Positions 24,407-38,415 of a DNA stretch of 64,000 bases are shown here, piece after piece. Source of the stretch: Octopus sinensis (taxonomy: Eukaryota). The number at the start of each line of letters is the position of its first letter. Position 1 is the stretch's first letter. The stretch is from positions 4,030,001-4,094,000 of the forward strand of contig NC_043022.1 in the NCBI RefSeq assembly GCF_006345805.1. The letters run 5' to 3'. The position numbers and the translations under genes are program-made. Under the pieces are notes generated by a model that was not told where the DNA came from, ran no database searches, and was given only the letters and a program-made list of their open reading frames with translations.

Positions 24407-24659
24407 AGAAACAGGGGGGAAAGGGGTTAAGGGAAGGCCCCAGCAGCAGATATATAAATAAATACACAGTCTTTATAAAATTATGTGCCCCCTTTTTGAA
24501 ATGAGATGAAATCAAAGAGGAACCTTTATTTCTATTACAACACCAGTTTCCAGAGATGAGCCAAACTGAAATATTTCAAGTTCCAATTTCTTAATTGGAA
24601 TCTGAGACTAGTTGAAGACATGGCTACGATAACCAGGAGAGAGAAGCAACCAAGTTTGG

Positions 24660-24691
<32 letters not shown>

Positions 24692-27600
24692 AAAAAGTGT
24701 AGGAAAAGAAACTTGCTGCCTTCTCACCGTTTTAATATCAAAGTGACACATCAGAAGCAATGTTTTAGAATCTTTCTTTTGAAACAGAGAGAGGAACTTA
24801 TTTTGGTCAATGATCACACACACACACATCTATATTGGACACTGTATTGGTGAATAAATATTCAATTGTGAGTTAACAAGGCTACCACTGGTTTCATGTC
24901 ACAAGAAGTCTTAACAATTATCAGACCTGTCACCTGAGGCATTGGGGGCCGACTTCCAGCTTGGATGGAAACATCAAAATGGGAGGCCAGCAATAATCCC
25001 CCATGCAGAAGGGTCGATAATTGTTGAGACTGCTCTCGACATGAAACCAAAGGTAGCCCCTGGTTAACTCACAAATAAAGAATAAATATATATATATATA
25101 TATATCTGTATGCACGTGTTCATACACACAGACACATAAACACAAGTCCCAAACACAAATGCATATACACACGGGTGTGTGTGTGTGTATATATATATTT
25201 GAAACAGTGACAGGACAGACTGCCTGGGTCACACATACACACACTGCTTTTCAAGAGAGGCTCCTTCCTCTGGACGTGAGCCGCCACAGAGGTGATCAAA
25301 CAACAGTCCTGAGGTAATTAGTGGTCTTAATTGTTTACTACAATTGCTGGACGCTCATCAAAGGGATGGGGTGGGGTGGCAGAAGAGGGGAGAGAGAGAG
25401 AGAGAGAAAGTGAATAATAATCACATAATACACGTGGGTTTAATAACATCAATCAAGAAGAGACCAGAGTCCACCTGGTGCACCAGGTGTACTGAGGTGA
25501 GGTGAAGGACCCCAGCACAACCGGTGGAACAACAATATTCAACCGAACGTTGTGAGTTACGTCTAAGGAAACAAGAAGAAGGCTGGGGAATGGGATGGGG
25601 TGTGGGGGGAAGGGGGAGATGGCGGGGTGGGGGGGTTAGGGTAGAACGAGCCACAGGCGTGGCACCCGGTTCCTCCTCCCCTGCCATGTGCCATTCATGA
25701 CTCCACCGGGGCTAAATTAATTAGCAGGAAATAATTGTAAATATATATATATAAAGACATTGAAAATAAACTTCTAAGCATCTGCCATAATACAGAAATA
25801 AATAAAAATAAAATGTTTTTTTTTATTGTTTTTTGTGGAAACCATCATCGTTCAAGGTTGTCAGCCTCCTCTTCTTCCTCCACCAAACAAAAGTGGCACA
25901 GATGGCTTAGTTTTGTAGTAGTAGTAGTAGTAGTAGTAGTAATAGTACTTGTTAGTAGTTGTCAGAGCAACCCATGTAGGTTAAAACTAAATCCTTATCA
26001 GATCAGTTCAAATATAAGTGTGTGTGTGTGTGTTTATTGGTCTTTTACAACTTCAACAATCAGGGACTTTTGTGAACGGAAAAAAAAAAGGGGATACAAT
26101 AAGAAAAGAGACGTGAAGACTCTTGGGCTGGGGAAGAGGAGGAGGAGGAAGGGAGGTGATGAAGCCCAGAAGAGCAGAGTTCAAAGCCTGGGTCTTCTTG
26201 TCAATGGTCTAATCATGGGAACGTTTTAAGGTTTCAGAGTCAATGTCCAGTTCTGTTCACCACCAGACAGTTTTAGCAAACACAGGAATGATGAATAAGG
26301 CATTTATTCCTCGACGTGGTAAGATTTATTAGTTAGAATGATGGTGATAGAACAGGATTCGCTCTCTCTCTCTCTCCTCCCTCTAGCATTATAAATGGAC
26401 ATTGAGAATAGCTATGAAATATTAAAATCAATGAAGTTGATTACATCATCTAATCAGGGGCTCGCAAATGAAGTGGTTATTTTAAGGGTCAATTCGATTT
26501 CTATTTTTGACAAAGGCTGGCTCAGAAATAGGGGAAATGACTTCAATCTCCTCATGAGTGTCTTTTAATTGTTTTGTATAAAATATTCCAACTGGGACAG
26601 ATAAATACAATGAAAAACCAGCCTCCATGTCTCTATAACGAGAGGGGGACAGACTTTTGGATATACACAAATACTTCTAAGGGATGTTGATCTGTTAAAC
26701 ACTGACCGATGTGGAATGTCCAATTCCAACAACCAAAGAAAGAATTAAGAAGCTACAAGACAAGAGTCGTTTTGAGAACAAACAGTTTGGATGAGGACAA
26801 TGATGCACAGAAAATTGAACGGCTAATCTTGGTTTCCTTTTTGTAAAGAGATACAAATTAGGAAAAAAAAGGGAAGTTTATTCAATGAATGGGATTTTTT
26901 AAATGTGGGGACAAGAAGCAGAGGACCAAAGTGCCGCAACCGAGACAAGAGAATAATAAACAGAAAGCAGACGAAGAAGAACCGATTGAGACGATATTCG
27001 AGTCCCTCCGTTGGTATTTCAGGGAAATGGAAGAAACGAAAGAAGAAGAGGAAGAAACTATTTTTATGTCTTTGCAATCAATTTAGGACGAGGCTGGAAT
27101 AGAATGAAATAGGGGTCTTAGAAAAGTGTGGGAGATAATTAGTTGGATAATAATTATTAAAGCTGGGAATCAATTTTGGTGATTGGAGACTGTTGAGAGG
27201 GGTGGGGGCCCCGAGAGATTTGGAAATGCTTATCTCTAGAGGAAAGCAAAAGAGGAGCAGAGTTAATGGAATCAGAAGTCAGTTGATGTCATGAGGACTG
27301 AAGAACTTGTCTTCACAGACAATCAACAGCATTAAAAAAAAAAAGAGGAATGTGGTGGGGGCAGAGTAAGGGTTAGGGGTCAATGAGATAATTTCATTAG
27401 GAAGATTCTCAAGGGTCAGCAAGCACCAACACTTAAAATAGTTATAGATTTGTGGGTCATCCACCCTCTGATGTCCACATGGAGAATCCTGCATTTAAGG
27501 GCCAAGAAAATAGGGGTTGTCCCTCTGTAACAACTTGCAGACGCACAAAGTTCCATCGGAGACAGCTGCCAGATGGCGTTACAAGAAATGGTGTGAATAT

Positions 27601-29541
27601 TATAATTACAGAACGAATGCACATTCTAAAAGAACATTCCTAGTTGCAGATAAAGACACCATTGTCTTCTGTCAGGGTTCAATTCTAACTCGCTCTGTTC
27701 TTGCACTCAATTCAACCGGTATTTTATACAAACTTTGGAAAGTTTCTAAACTAGCAGATGCAATACGTGTACGTATGTATATAAATATATATATATATAT
27801 ATGTATGTATCTACACACACACACACACACAAGTATATACCCCAGTGACTCGAGGGTGGGAGAGGAGATGGTAAGAAGAGAATTTATTCCTCCAATGGCA
27901 GAAAAAAAACAAAACAAACACACACACACACACCACATGGGGGCAAAAAAAAAAAAAAAAAAAAAGGGCCAAAATCTAACGACATTTCTCGGAATGAATG
28001 TATTGCAGAGGATTTTTCAAGTGATTTTGGCAGGAAAAGTTGATAGAACATCGTGATGTAAACTCAAGAGAATGAATGAAAAACCCTTTTGAGGTTGGCT
28101 ACTGCTTGCCACTAACCAGCCTGCCGTCCAAGTGGTGGGGCTGGCTACTACTTGCCGCTAGCCAGCCTGCCTGCCAAATGGTGAGGCTGAATATCATCAT
28201 TATTAGCCAACAACAGCATATGATTCACTAGTACATAAGCTATTCTGGAGGCTTTCTAGGACATTAAAAAAAAATTATAAAAAAATAGAGGCCATTTCTG
28301 TTTTTGTTTGTGATATATATATTATATATATATGTATATATATATTATATGTGTGTGTGTATAGATTACTTTTCTCTCTTTTTAGAGACAAACTGTAGTT
28401 TCAGTAAGAGCATAATTGTGTTTCTCTAGACACATAGGATTGGGAGATTTTATATTTAGGATTTAATTTAGAAAAACAGAAAAAAAAAAACAAAAACAAG
28501 GATCGTTTTTAAAATAAATGCACACATTTAACCAACTAAAAATCGAAGTTTTCTATCAAATAAATAGAAGAGATAAAGAAGTGTTTGCACAGACTGATGA
28601 TAACAGCTACAGTTTGGCAAATTAAAAAACAGAAAAAGTTTTGTTGCATAACTAACAAGAGTTAACTCCCCTTGCACGGTTTCTGGGTCTTTTTGAAGGC
28701 TTAAAACCAAGAACAAATTAATTATACAAGATCCTGGGACTTGCTTTGAGCAAGAAGACATGGTAGGAGGGAGGGGGGGCAGAAGGGGGGCAACCGACCA
28801 GGAATAATCGATCTAATTTAGAAATCAATTTTTGTTTTGTTGTATGGTTTTTTTTTTTTTTTGTTGTTAATCAACGACGCCATTGATTATTATTATTATT
28901 ATTATTGTTATTGTTATTAGCTGCTCCAGCAGTTCAAGTTGATGGTTTGACTCCCTGAACAGAGGCATAAAAATCAGGTTTGTACCCGTTCCCCACAAAG
29001 TACCAAGTACAAGAAGCATGTGTGTGTGTGTGTGTGTGTGTGTAGCCGTTACTTCAGTCAACAGATAAAAAGTACAGCCTGTACAAGCAGCCACCCTCAT
29101 CATCATTAATTTAATTAGCGTGGTTGATCCAATTAAATAGCAAAGTGTTGTTGTTGTTTTTAAAAAGTCACCAGTTCATAGATTAATATTAATAATTATT
29201 ATTATATTTATATTCATTTATTTATATATATATAAATATATATATATGTAGTTTTATAGTTTGTCTTTTTTTTTTTTGAAACTCCTTCCGGCATGGTGCG
29301 GTTTATCACAAGGTGTGTTGTGAGAAGGATCTGTCGAGAAGAGAGAATTACGCTTCAGTCACCACAAGAAAGTGGGGGGGAAGGGGAGAAAAATGGAAAA
29401 GAAAAAGGAAGAAACGGAAAAAAAAAAAACCCAAGAAAAAAACCACAGAATGAAAGGCACAGGTATATGTGACTGATATTCGTCTTATCTTGTCCCCCCC
29501 GTTTATATATATATATATGTATGTATATATATATGTATGTA

Positions 29542-29585
<44 letters not shown>

Positions 29586-29996
29586 CAGAAGAGGAGGAAA
29601 GGAAGAGGAAAAAGAAAGAGAGAGAGAGAGAAGGAGTCCACAACCTTTGGTGATGATTTTATTTTTTTCTATTTGTTTCATTTTTTGTGTTTATTATTAT
29701 TATTATTATTTTTTTTTTTTTTCCAAAGTTTATGTCAAACCGTCACTGGTGCAGGATCTAATAGCAGACTAGAATCAAAAGTATCTCTTTGCATATCTGA
29801 TCATCAAGAAAAACCATTTTTTTCCTTTTTTTTTGTGTGTTTTGTTTTTCGGTTGGCATGATCACTTTATTATTATTAATATTATTATCATCATAATTAT
29901 TATTATTATCATCATCATCATCATCCCCTGAATACCATTTCTATCCAAAGAAATAGTACAAGTTGTAATTGTTCCCCTTAGCTGGCCAGCAGTGTG

Positions 29997-30027
<31 letters not shown>

Positions 30028-30127
30028 ATGTGCGTGTGTGTGTGTTTGTGTGTGTGCGTGAGTCTCTCCATGACTCCCACCGCAAATCGAGGCCGTCGAG
30101 CAACTGCTACTTCCATAATAATAATAA
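23455..30127 (-). other. RERE: Putative long 3'UTR of RERE (about 6.7 kb)
   Basis: Follows the stop codon; U-rich on the minus strand; no SINE, LINE or MITE copy recognised. AATAAA at 23480-23475 with a U/GU-rich element just downstream. The extent is inferred. Confidence 0.55.
28095..28190. repeat. Imperfect tandem repeat, two units of about 46 bp, in the putative RERE 3'UTR
   Basis: ggctact(g/a)cttgcc(a/g)cta(a/g)ccagcctgcc occurs twice. Confidence 0.7.
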
Positions 30128-30220
30128 TCAGTGAGGCAAGTGTCCTGCTGCTCCGTAACGCTCCCGTTCCATTGCAAAGTGGCGTTGCATAGCTTCATGA
30201 TGAGCTGCTTGTGTTGAGAT
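30128..30220 (-). CDS. RERE: RERE terminal coding exon: ISTQAAHHEAMQRHFAMERERYGAAGHLPH*
   Basis: ctgtttcag acceptor, phase 0, TGA at 30130-30128. AAH..AM...AME resembles the atrophin C-terminus (vertebrate SAAHQLQAMH...LAMEQ). Confidence 0.88.
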   Translation of the reverse strand: MSTQAAHHEAMQRHFAMERERYGAAGHLPH

Positions 30221-32126
30221 CTGAAACAGACAGACAGCAACGTTAGACCCAACAACAAACACACTTTCCTATCACCTCCCACACAACACCTACAATTACA
30301 AATTAATTTATTCAAATAGAACACATTTTTTATCATTTAGTAAGTGTGAACGTTATCAACATGTTTTTTATACAGCAATTACAATAAATCTAGCTAAACT
30401 TTATTTTTCTTCTATACAAAATCACAATAAATGAAATTCAGTGTATATGATGGATGAGTGAAACTGTTGGTTTGCATTTTACACAACCAACTACAAAATG
30501 TGTCTAACTGACATGACTGCCACATGTTGTGTAGGAAATACAATAGGTTTAGCAGGATTTATTTGCCCTTTCAATACAAATCATCAAAATCTCATCTTCA
30601 CTATTTTTGTTTGAGTTTTAATGCTGGAAAGGAAGCAAGAATAATCCAAGCAGGAATGCTGGTTGGACAAGGAAGTCTCTTAGCAGACATCACTCCATTT
30701 GAACAAATACCACTGGAAATTGGCATAAATAGTTAGAAATTTGCATGGAGCAAACCCCAAATCTCCAACAAAATGTCATACAAAATCTTCAGAACACAAC
30801 AATAAATCACAAAACAACGACAAATGCACAAAAATAACAGTGATGGTAACAACAACAATAAAAAAAAAAACAAGTATTCTTGTTTTCCTTCCCAACATTA
30901 CTGATCTTCAAAATACATTCAAAATACAAGGATTTACGCAAAAAAAAATCTAAAACTTCTGCTGTACAATACTAACAGCATTAAAATCACTTTTATGGAA
31001 CTAAAAGAAGTTTGTTTTATTCATGGCATTCATCTAACAAAATATTCTTCCTAGCAGACCACAGAACAACCACATTCCAAATTATTGTGCTCAAGTCGGA
31101 GTATACAGACACTTTTACAAAGGTGGTGGTTTTATAACAGATAAAACATGCATTCAATGCACACATACACATATATATTTACATATATATATATATATAT
31201 ATATATCACAGACGACACTACACAGAGATGAACATGCTTTCAAAATGAAAACTAGCAAAACAAGACACACACACACACACACACACAATCACCAACCTAA
31301 GCCAACAACTCCACAGGTTACAACCCACTCCCCAGCTACAGCAACTAAACAGTTTAACTAGTAAATCACACAGCAGAAATAGTCCAACTTAATTAATCAC
31401 ATAATTACACCAATACTATGTGGAACCAAAATAAGACTTAGCATCAAACAACAAAGAAATAACAAATAAAATTAAAAAAATGGCAAATATTTGCATGGAA
31501 CATCGATGACAAAACAGGAGAAACACTAATTGGAATAATTATGAGCACGGTTAATTAATGAGTGACACCATAGCCTGGGGGTGACACGACGACGACCCTG
31601 TATCACACTGCAACACCAAGCAAACATCCTTGCCATGAAGGGATTTCTCACAACTCAGCCACCAAACAAAAAGAAACAAAAAATGATAGGAAAAAAAGAA
31701 AAAAACCACACAAAGAAGACAGAAACACAAAACAAAAAATATGCACCTTTCACTTAATACTGGGAGTTTTTATCTCTTCCTTCCACCAGACACCTACAAA
31801 ACAATAGGGAAATCCAGAGACTGAAACATGTCAGACCGAGACAATATCGCAAACGTTCACCCAAAACACGGAGCATCCAAACGAATCACGACATTCAAAT
31901 CCAAAAAGGGTCAAAGGGCCAGAGCCTGGAAAGAAGCTGGACAAAATCAGAATAAAACAATATGTTTAACAGGCCATAAATTGCCATTTATACCAACAAA
32001 TGTTAGGGTACTGTTTGGCAAATCCCCTGTGTTACAGGATTTCATTGACCCTTTCAATGGAAAACCCCTGCATTAAAGGGTTCATACTAAAATCTACATC
32101 AAAATCTCATTATCACTAATTTTGTT

Positions 32127-32255
32127 TTAGTGCCACAAAAGGAAGTAAGAATGGTCCAAGCAGGAAAGCTGGATAGACAAGGAAGTCTCATAGCAGACAT
32201 CTCTGCCGTCAGTTTGAGTGAAGACCAATGGAAAATGGCACAAATGGTTAGAAAT
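32127..32255 (-). CDS. Candidate alternative last exon of RERE: ISNHLCHFPLVFTQTDGRDVCYETSLSIQLSCLDHSYFLLWH*
   Basis: Long polypyrimidine tract plus tgcag acceptor at 32257-32256; 42 open codons in phase 0 after exon G; followed by TE-free U-rich sequence. No homology support. Confidence 0.3.
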   Translation of the reverse strand: MSNHLCHFPLVFTQTDGRDVCYETSLSIQLSCLDHSYFLLWH

Positions 32256-32642
32256 CTGCATGAAAGGGAGAAAAAAATGAGCAAAAAAAAACCAACAACA
32301 AAAAAACCAACACCCAACAAAAAAAACCAAATGAAGTAACTACATTACAGACCCATCACCCTGCTATAGGAAAAAAATTATAGGAATATTATGGTCCTGA
32401 TTGATAACTTGCTATAGGCAAAATTATAAGAAAGTTATGACCCCACTACCCTACTATAGGCAATTATAGGAAAATTAAAGCCCCATCATCCTGCAACAGG
32501 GACACCCTCAAAATGCCTAGAATAGTCAATCCTTAACATTACTGACAATCACCATCTCTCTGAATCAAGACCCTAATTTCAGACTGTTACACTTAACACT
32601 TTAATCATAAACCTTAAACGGAAAATACTTATTAACCACAAA

Positions 32643-32676
<34 letters not shown>

Positions 32677-33784
32677 CATACACACATACATACATACATA
32701 CATATACCATTGTAACTACCATCAACCAACTAGTGAAGCTTTCATACAAAAAATACTCAATCCTTGCATAAGAAACAATATGAAACACCAGGTGACAGGA
32801 CCCCAAGTCCAGGATGTAAACAGAAACGACACTGGGAAAAGCTGGAGTTTCCTGAACAGCACCATAAATAGTTTGTGGTTTCTTGCCCCTCCACTTCTGT
32901 ACAGAAGACATGACACACATCTTCCCACCATTCTCTAGACACTGTAGCACAACTAGCATCCACTGACCCCAACTTAAATCACCCAACAACGGATTTAAAC
33001 TGGCCATATCTGGCTAAAATACTCTCCCTGTTTTATGTTCAAAGTTGGCCAGGTCTGGCCTCTTACACCTACCCCACAATGCCATTCTAAAACTAAATTA
33101 CGTCACTGAAATCTCAAAGCTACAAGATGATACATGATTAATTTGAAACTGTGCAATTAAATAAATAAGCATTGACATTTAACAGAGCAAGCTGAATGCT
33201 ACAGGTTAACCCTTTAGCATTTAAACAGGCCCAAATATTCGAAAGAAGCCAGATCCAACCTCTCACACCTATCCTGCAATGTTATCCTAAAAATAAACAA
33301 TCACATCTTCGAAATTTCAAAGCTGAGATGAGACAGGATGAATTTAAAAATCTGTGAATGAATAAGTATTACATTTGATGGAGTAAACCGAGTGCTAAAT
33401 GGTTGAAGCAATTCCTACCAGATCCACCGAACAACACCAAATACAACCAACCACCACTAACATACGCAGAGCCACACAACCTTTCCGCTTACTACGTTCA
33501 CAAACATCACACGACAGGAAACAAGAAGGGACACGTAAACACTTGCAGAAACTACATTTGACCAAGAGAAAGAAGAAGCAGCAGCAACAACAGTGTACAA
33601 AGAATGTTAGATCCATCCTGGACCACCACTACTGGCAGCCATGTCTGGGCTTTCAGTTTCACCGAAACAACAGCAAAACACTACTCAGGTTGCACAGAGA
33701 CAAACAGACACAGGTAACGGGTACGCATACAAACACACACACACACACACACACAATATGAAGATATATACACACATCTCCTTT

Positions 33785-34190
33785 GCTCTTCTATTTGTTT
33801 CAGTCGTTTGACTGCGGCCATGCTGGAGCACTGCCTTTTAGTTGAACAAATCGACCCCAAGACTTATTCTTTGTAAGCCTAGTAGTTATTCTATCAGTCT
33901 CTTTTGCCAAACCACTATGTTATGGGGACGTAAAGACGCCAACGTCGGTTGCCGAGCGATGGTGGGGGGACAAACACAGACACATATATATATATATTAT
34001 ATATATATATATATATACACACACACAACAGGCTTCTTTCAGTTTCCGTCTACCAAATCCACTCACAAGGCTTTGGTTGGCCCTAGACTACAGTAGAAAA
34101 CACTTGCCCAAGGTGCCATGCAGTGGGACTGAACCCGGGACCATGGGGTTGGGAAGGAAGCTACTTACCACAGAGCCACGTCTGTGCCTA
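33785..34190 (-). mobile_element. SINE family A copy in a RERE intron
   Basis: Family blocks present. Confidence 0.8.
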
Positions 34191-34394
34191 TGATCCACCC
34201 ATATATTTGTATTAATTTTTAGCAGAAGTAACAGAGTGACTAAGTTACGACAGTTTTGTGCGTTGCCAGTTACCAAACTTTGGTAAGTGCCAACACACAA
34301 AACTCCAAGTCTCTGAGTCATTCTGTTATTCCTGGTAAAGATTAATAAAAGTATACCTATTCCAAGTTCTAATTTTCCTGTTGGCATCAACATA

Positions 34395-34446
<52 letters not shown>

Positions 34447-34703
34447 TATATACATGTGGAGGCGCAATGGCCCAGTGGTTAGGGCAGTGGACTCGCGGTC
34501 GTAGGATCGCAGTTTCGATTCCCAGACCGGGCGTTGTGAGTGTTTATTGAGCGAAAACACCTAAAAATTTCCACGACGCTCCAGCAGGGGTTGGTGGCGA
34601 TCCCTGCTATATTCTTTCTTCTGTTAGCTTGCTCACTTAAACAATGCGAACGCATTGTGACCAGCAATGTGTAACAATATCTGATGGTCTGGTCAGTCAC
34701 GTG

Positions 34704-34705
<2 letters not shown>

Positions 34706-34770
<65 letters not shown>

Positions 34771-34818
34771 CACACACACACATATATACACACACACACA
34801 CACATACACACACACACA

Positions 34819-34871
<53 letters not shown>

Positions 34872-34875
34872 TATA
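34706..34875. repeat. Compound (TA)n/(CA)n microsatellite (one of many (TA)n, (CA)n, (GA)n and (AAT)n tracts in the window)
   Basis: Direct reading. Confidence 0.9.
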
Positions 34876-36095
34876 TCGTTGATATAATGTTAAACTGTCG
34901 TATGTCCAAATTTGGCCTAATGCGTTTTTTTTCAATATTCATTTTCACTTGCAACAGCCGGTTCTTTTGGTCAGACTATCGTACCTCCAGCTGCCAAGAT
35001 ATCAAAACTTGTAAAAGTGTAGTACTTTGTCTGATACCATTGCTACTGCTGTCAGCTGATCACCTCCAGGGGTCTAAGAATAGGCAAAGAGCAACAATGT
35101 ACTGCTGTTGAGTTGCAACCTCTGAAATCCCTTACAGAAGGACCAGAGGGGGCAGTGGAGTCATTAGCCAATACATTACATCAAAAACACACACTTGCAT
35201 ACATATATAAATATATATATATATACACACACCTACCTATATCCACATACACACATGTATGTCCATACCTACCTATACACACACACAACAGCTTCCTTGC
35301 ATCTTTGATCTACCAAACTCTCCCGACATGGCACAGGCCCATCCCCAGACTATGGTAGCAAAGCACTTACCCATGGTGAAACTGAACCTAGAACCTATGG
35401 CTGTGAAGTAAAAGCCATCACAACACAGCGATGCTCGTACTTTATACATACATTGAATTGTATATGAGAGAAGGATACATTACACGAATCTAAACCAACC
35501 CCCTGGATTGGACACTGCATTTGTACAACATAGTGTTTCCTTCCAGTAGAAATATTTTCTTTAAAAGAAAACAAAAAGCGTTACTAGAACATAGTTCTGT
35601 CTCCACCATCATCATTTAACTTCCATTTCACGTGTTGGCATGGGTTAGATGCCTTGATAGGAACTGACAAGACTAAGGGCCATCCAGAGCTTTCATAGCC
35701 GGTTTTCATATTGTTTCTACAGCTGGGTGCCCTTCCTAATGCTAACCACTTTACAAAATATACTGGGTGCTTTTTATGTGGCACCATCATCTGTGCCTTT
35801 GTACATGGCACTGACACCAATGCTTTTTATGTGGCACTTTGGTTTCAGATTATAAAAACTTCAAGAATTCACCAGTTGCTTTCTGAGGACAACAAAAAAA
35901 TAGTGGGGTTGGCATAATTGACTATATAGGCCTAAAGGTGGTGCTCCAGCATGGCAATAGTCTACTGACTAAAACCAATAAAATTAAACTAAGAAAGCAA
36001 ATGTATCTAATCCCCCTGGTTGCTGTTTGCCTAATCAACATTTTGTGGGTGTCATGTGGTTGGTCAGTTGGTTGGTTGGTTAGGGGTCAACTTAC

Positions 36096-36274
36096 CTGAT
36101 GTGCCAAGGCAGGGTCACTGTAGGCCCTCAAAACATCAGGGTGAAAATATTCCCGATCCCGGTTAGCCAATATTGGATGGGAAGGATATGAGTGGGGTAA
36201 TGCAGGCAAATGATGACCACCGGGGTTCGTTGCCCCAGCAGCTCCTGGAGTCACTCCTGACATGGGATCAGCTC
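36096..36274 (-). CDS. RERE: RERE exon G: GADPMSGVTPGAAGATNPGGHHLPALPHSYPSHPILANRDREYFHPDVLRAYSDPALAHQ
   Basis: Poly-T plus ag acceptor, CAG|gtaagt donor; 179 nt, phase 1 to 0, open frame, bridges exon F to the terminal exon. Confidence 0.88.
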
Positions 36275-38201
36275 CTAAAAAAAAAAAGAGAAAAAAAAGA
36301 AAAAAAGAAAAAATACATCTTTAGAAAAACAAAATGTTCCAACCAGAAGAAAAACATAAAAAACAGACAAACAAAGAAAATAGTTGAAAATTAACGAATT
36401 ATCTTCGTTAATATCATAGTGTAGAGAGTCTTTGAGGCTTTAACACTGCCAAGAGTTTTGGTTCATACAGGGTTTAGTCTCATCATAAATTCTGGCGCAA
36501 ATCAAGCAACTTTCTTAATGCTGGCATTTCATGGTTGATGGCTAACTTCATTTTGGTTGAGAGCAGGGGTATTTGACTGCTATTTCTAACTGAACAGTTT
36601 GATCAATGCACAGAGGCCCTACCATAGTTATTGTTCAGGGTCAGGACTTAGATAAAGGTGTTTGGAGACGAGGAGACAGATGGGGAGGAGAAGAGGAGGA
36701 AGCAGAGGGTATATTTTATCTCCTGTTTTGACACAGAAGTGTAAACGACTCCTTATATTAGCTCTGGTGTTGTCTGGTTAATTAGTTTCCAGCCATGACC
36801 CCCCTAGTGTAGCTAAAACTCTACTATCCTGTACATTTTTATCAAGACTACAGAACATGATTTGAGGGAGAACTGGTTGCTATTTCTAACAGGTTGAGTG
36901 AGTGTATTAAAATACTAAAGCTTCCTCATTGAAGCTTTAAAATGGTAGCAGTAAAACAATGGACACATTAACCCTCTCCAGGTACTGACCACCTCCAACA
37001 ACCAAACTGTGGCTCACAGAACTTTTGAAATGGCATACCAACGAAAAATTGTCTCAAATTCATTTAGAAGCAGACCCCAACTGGTGATAAACCAGGTCTC
37101 ATGCAGGCCACTTCTTGATAAAGGTTGCCCATGCCTGATCTCCAGTATAACAATGGAGATACAGACCATCTAGAGTAGGGGCCTAAACCATTTTTCACTT
37201 ATGGAACCGTGACACTTTGGGTAGGTGTCTTCCGCTATAGCCCCGAGCCGACCGAAGCTTTGTGATGGAATTCGGTAGGCGGAAGTTACTGCCGTGTGTG
37301 TAGGTGCTTGTGCCTCTCCGAAAGAGAGAGAGGGGACCCCCTTACTACCTTATTCTGCTGGACTCCAGAGCCATTTGAGGTTTAAAGACTAGTTTTATAG
37401 AAACCTCTTTCAAAAATTCCTATTTTGTTCATCAAGCATTAACTCGTGTAAAATGTTAGAGAAAGAAACCCAGCTGTTTCTTGCAGTACAGACCAATAAA
37501 TACATCTAAAGGAAACGTTTTTCAGGGACCCTTAAAATACTATTGTGGTCCCCCAGTTTACCATTTTTTTGCATGGATCCCCACTGAAATCTTATATGGA
37601 TCCTGATTGAGAAGCAAAAGGACAAATGTAGAGCTGAGTAACGCCATGCAGAATGGTTCACCAATAAAGGACGTATCAGTGTTACAGATGGTTCTTCACC
37701 GAAGAAGATGGCATTATGTGCTGTTATTAAGAATTTTCATTGTTTTCCAATCTTAGGCCAGTGGAACTGTTAGCATGCTGGGGACAATGTTTCGCAGCAT
37801 TTTGTTTGTCTTTGTATTCTGAGTTCAAATTCTGCTGAGGTCGGTTTTGCTTTCAGTGTTTAGGATTTGATGAAATAAGTAACAGTTGAGTACTGGGGGG
37901 GTCAATGTAATCGACCCCACCCATCACCAATCGCTGGCTTTGTACCAAAATTTGAAACCAATATTCCTCAATCTTTAGTCACAGGTGAATTCAGATACTG
38001 TATCTTCGGGCATACAAATCAAATTTTTCAGATCAGTATTTATGGCCAAAAGGTAAAAAAAAACAGAAGAAAAAACAACTAGGTCAACTTATACACCGAG
38101 ATGCCCTTGGAGGACACAAAAATTCCAAGTCGAATTCAGCAGGATTTGAAAAGATAATAATGATGTTTGAATGTTTACACTACATCACCATCATCATTGA
38201 A

Positions 38202-38415
38202 CCCTTTCGTTACTGTATTTCTTTTGAGATGTTCTGTGTCATTTTAAAAAATAACAAAGAATTTAGTAAAATAACTTGGTTATCATTGAAGCTAGTGTTA
38301 GGAGCATAAATTGTGACTAAGGTTTTGGTGGAAGGTTTTAATTCAGAACTTTTGGAAACAAGACATTTGTACTGCAGAGCCAGAGGCAGTTTCAGCCAGG
38401 TTGGTACTGAAAGGG
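38202..38415 (+). mobile_element. piggyBac-like MITE P1
   Basis: Left TSD mutated (TGAA); inserted in the tail of a family C SINE. Confidence 0.8.

Noticed and set aside
25421-25687. 88-aa Pro-rich minus-strand ORF and an 18-bp palindrome (25472-25489)
   Set aside because: Downstream of the RERE stop, driven by G/C homopolymer runs, with no splice or homology support; the short palindrome is compatible with chance.
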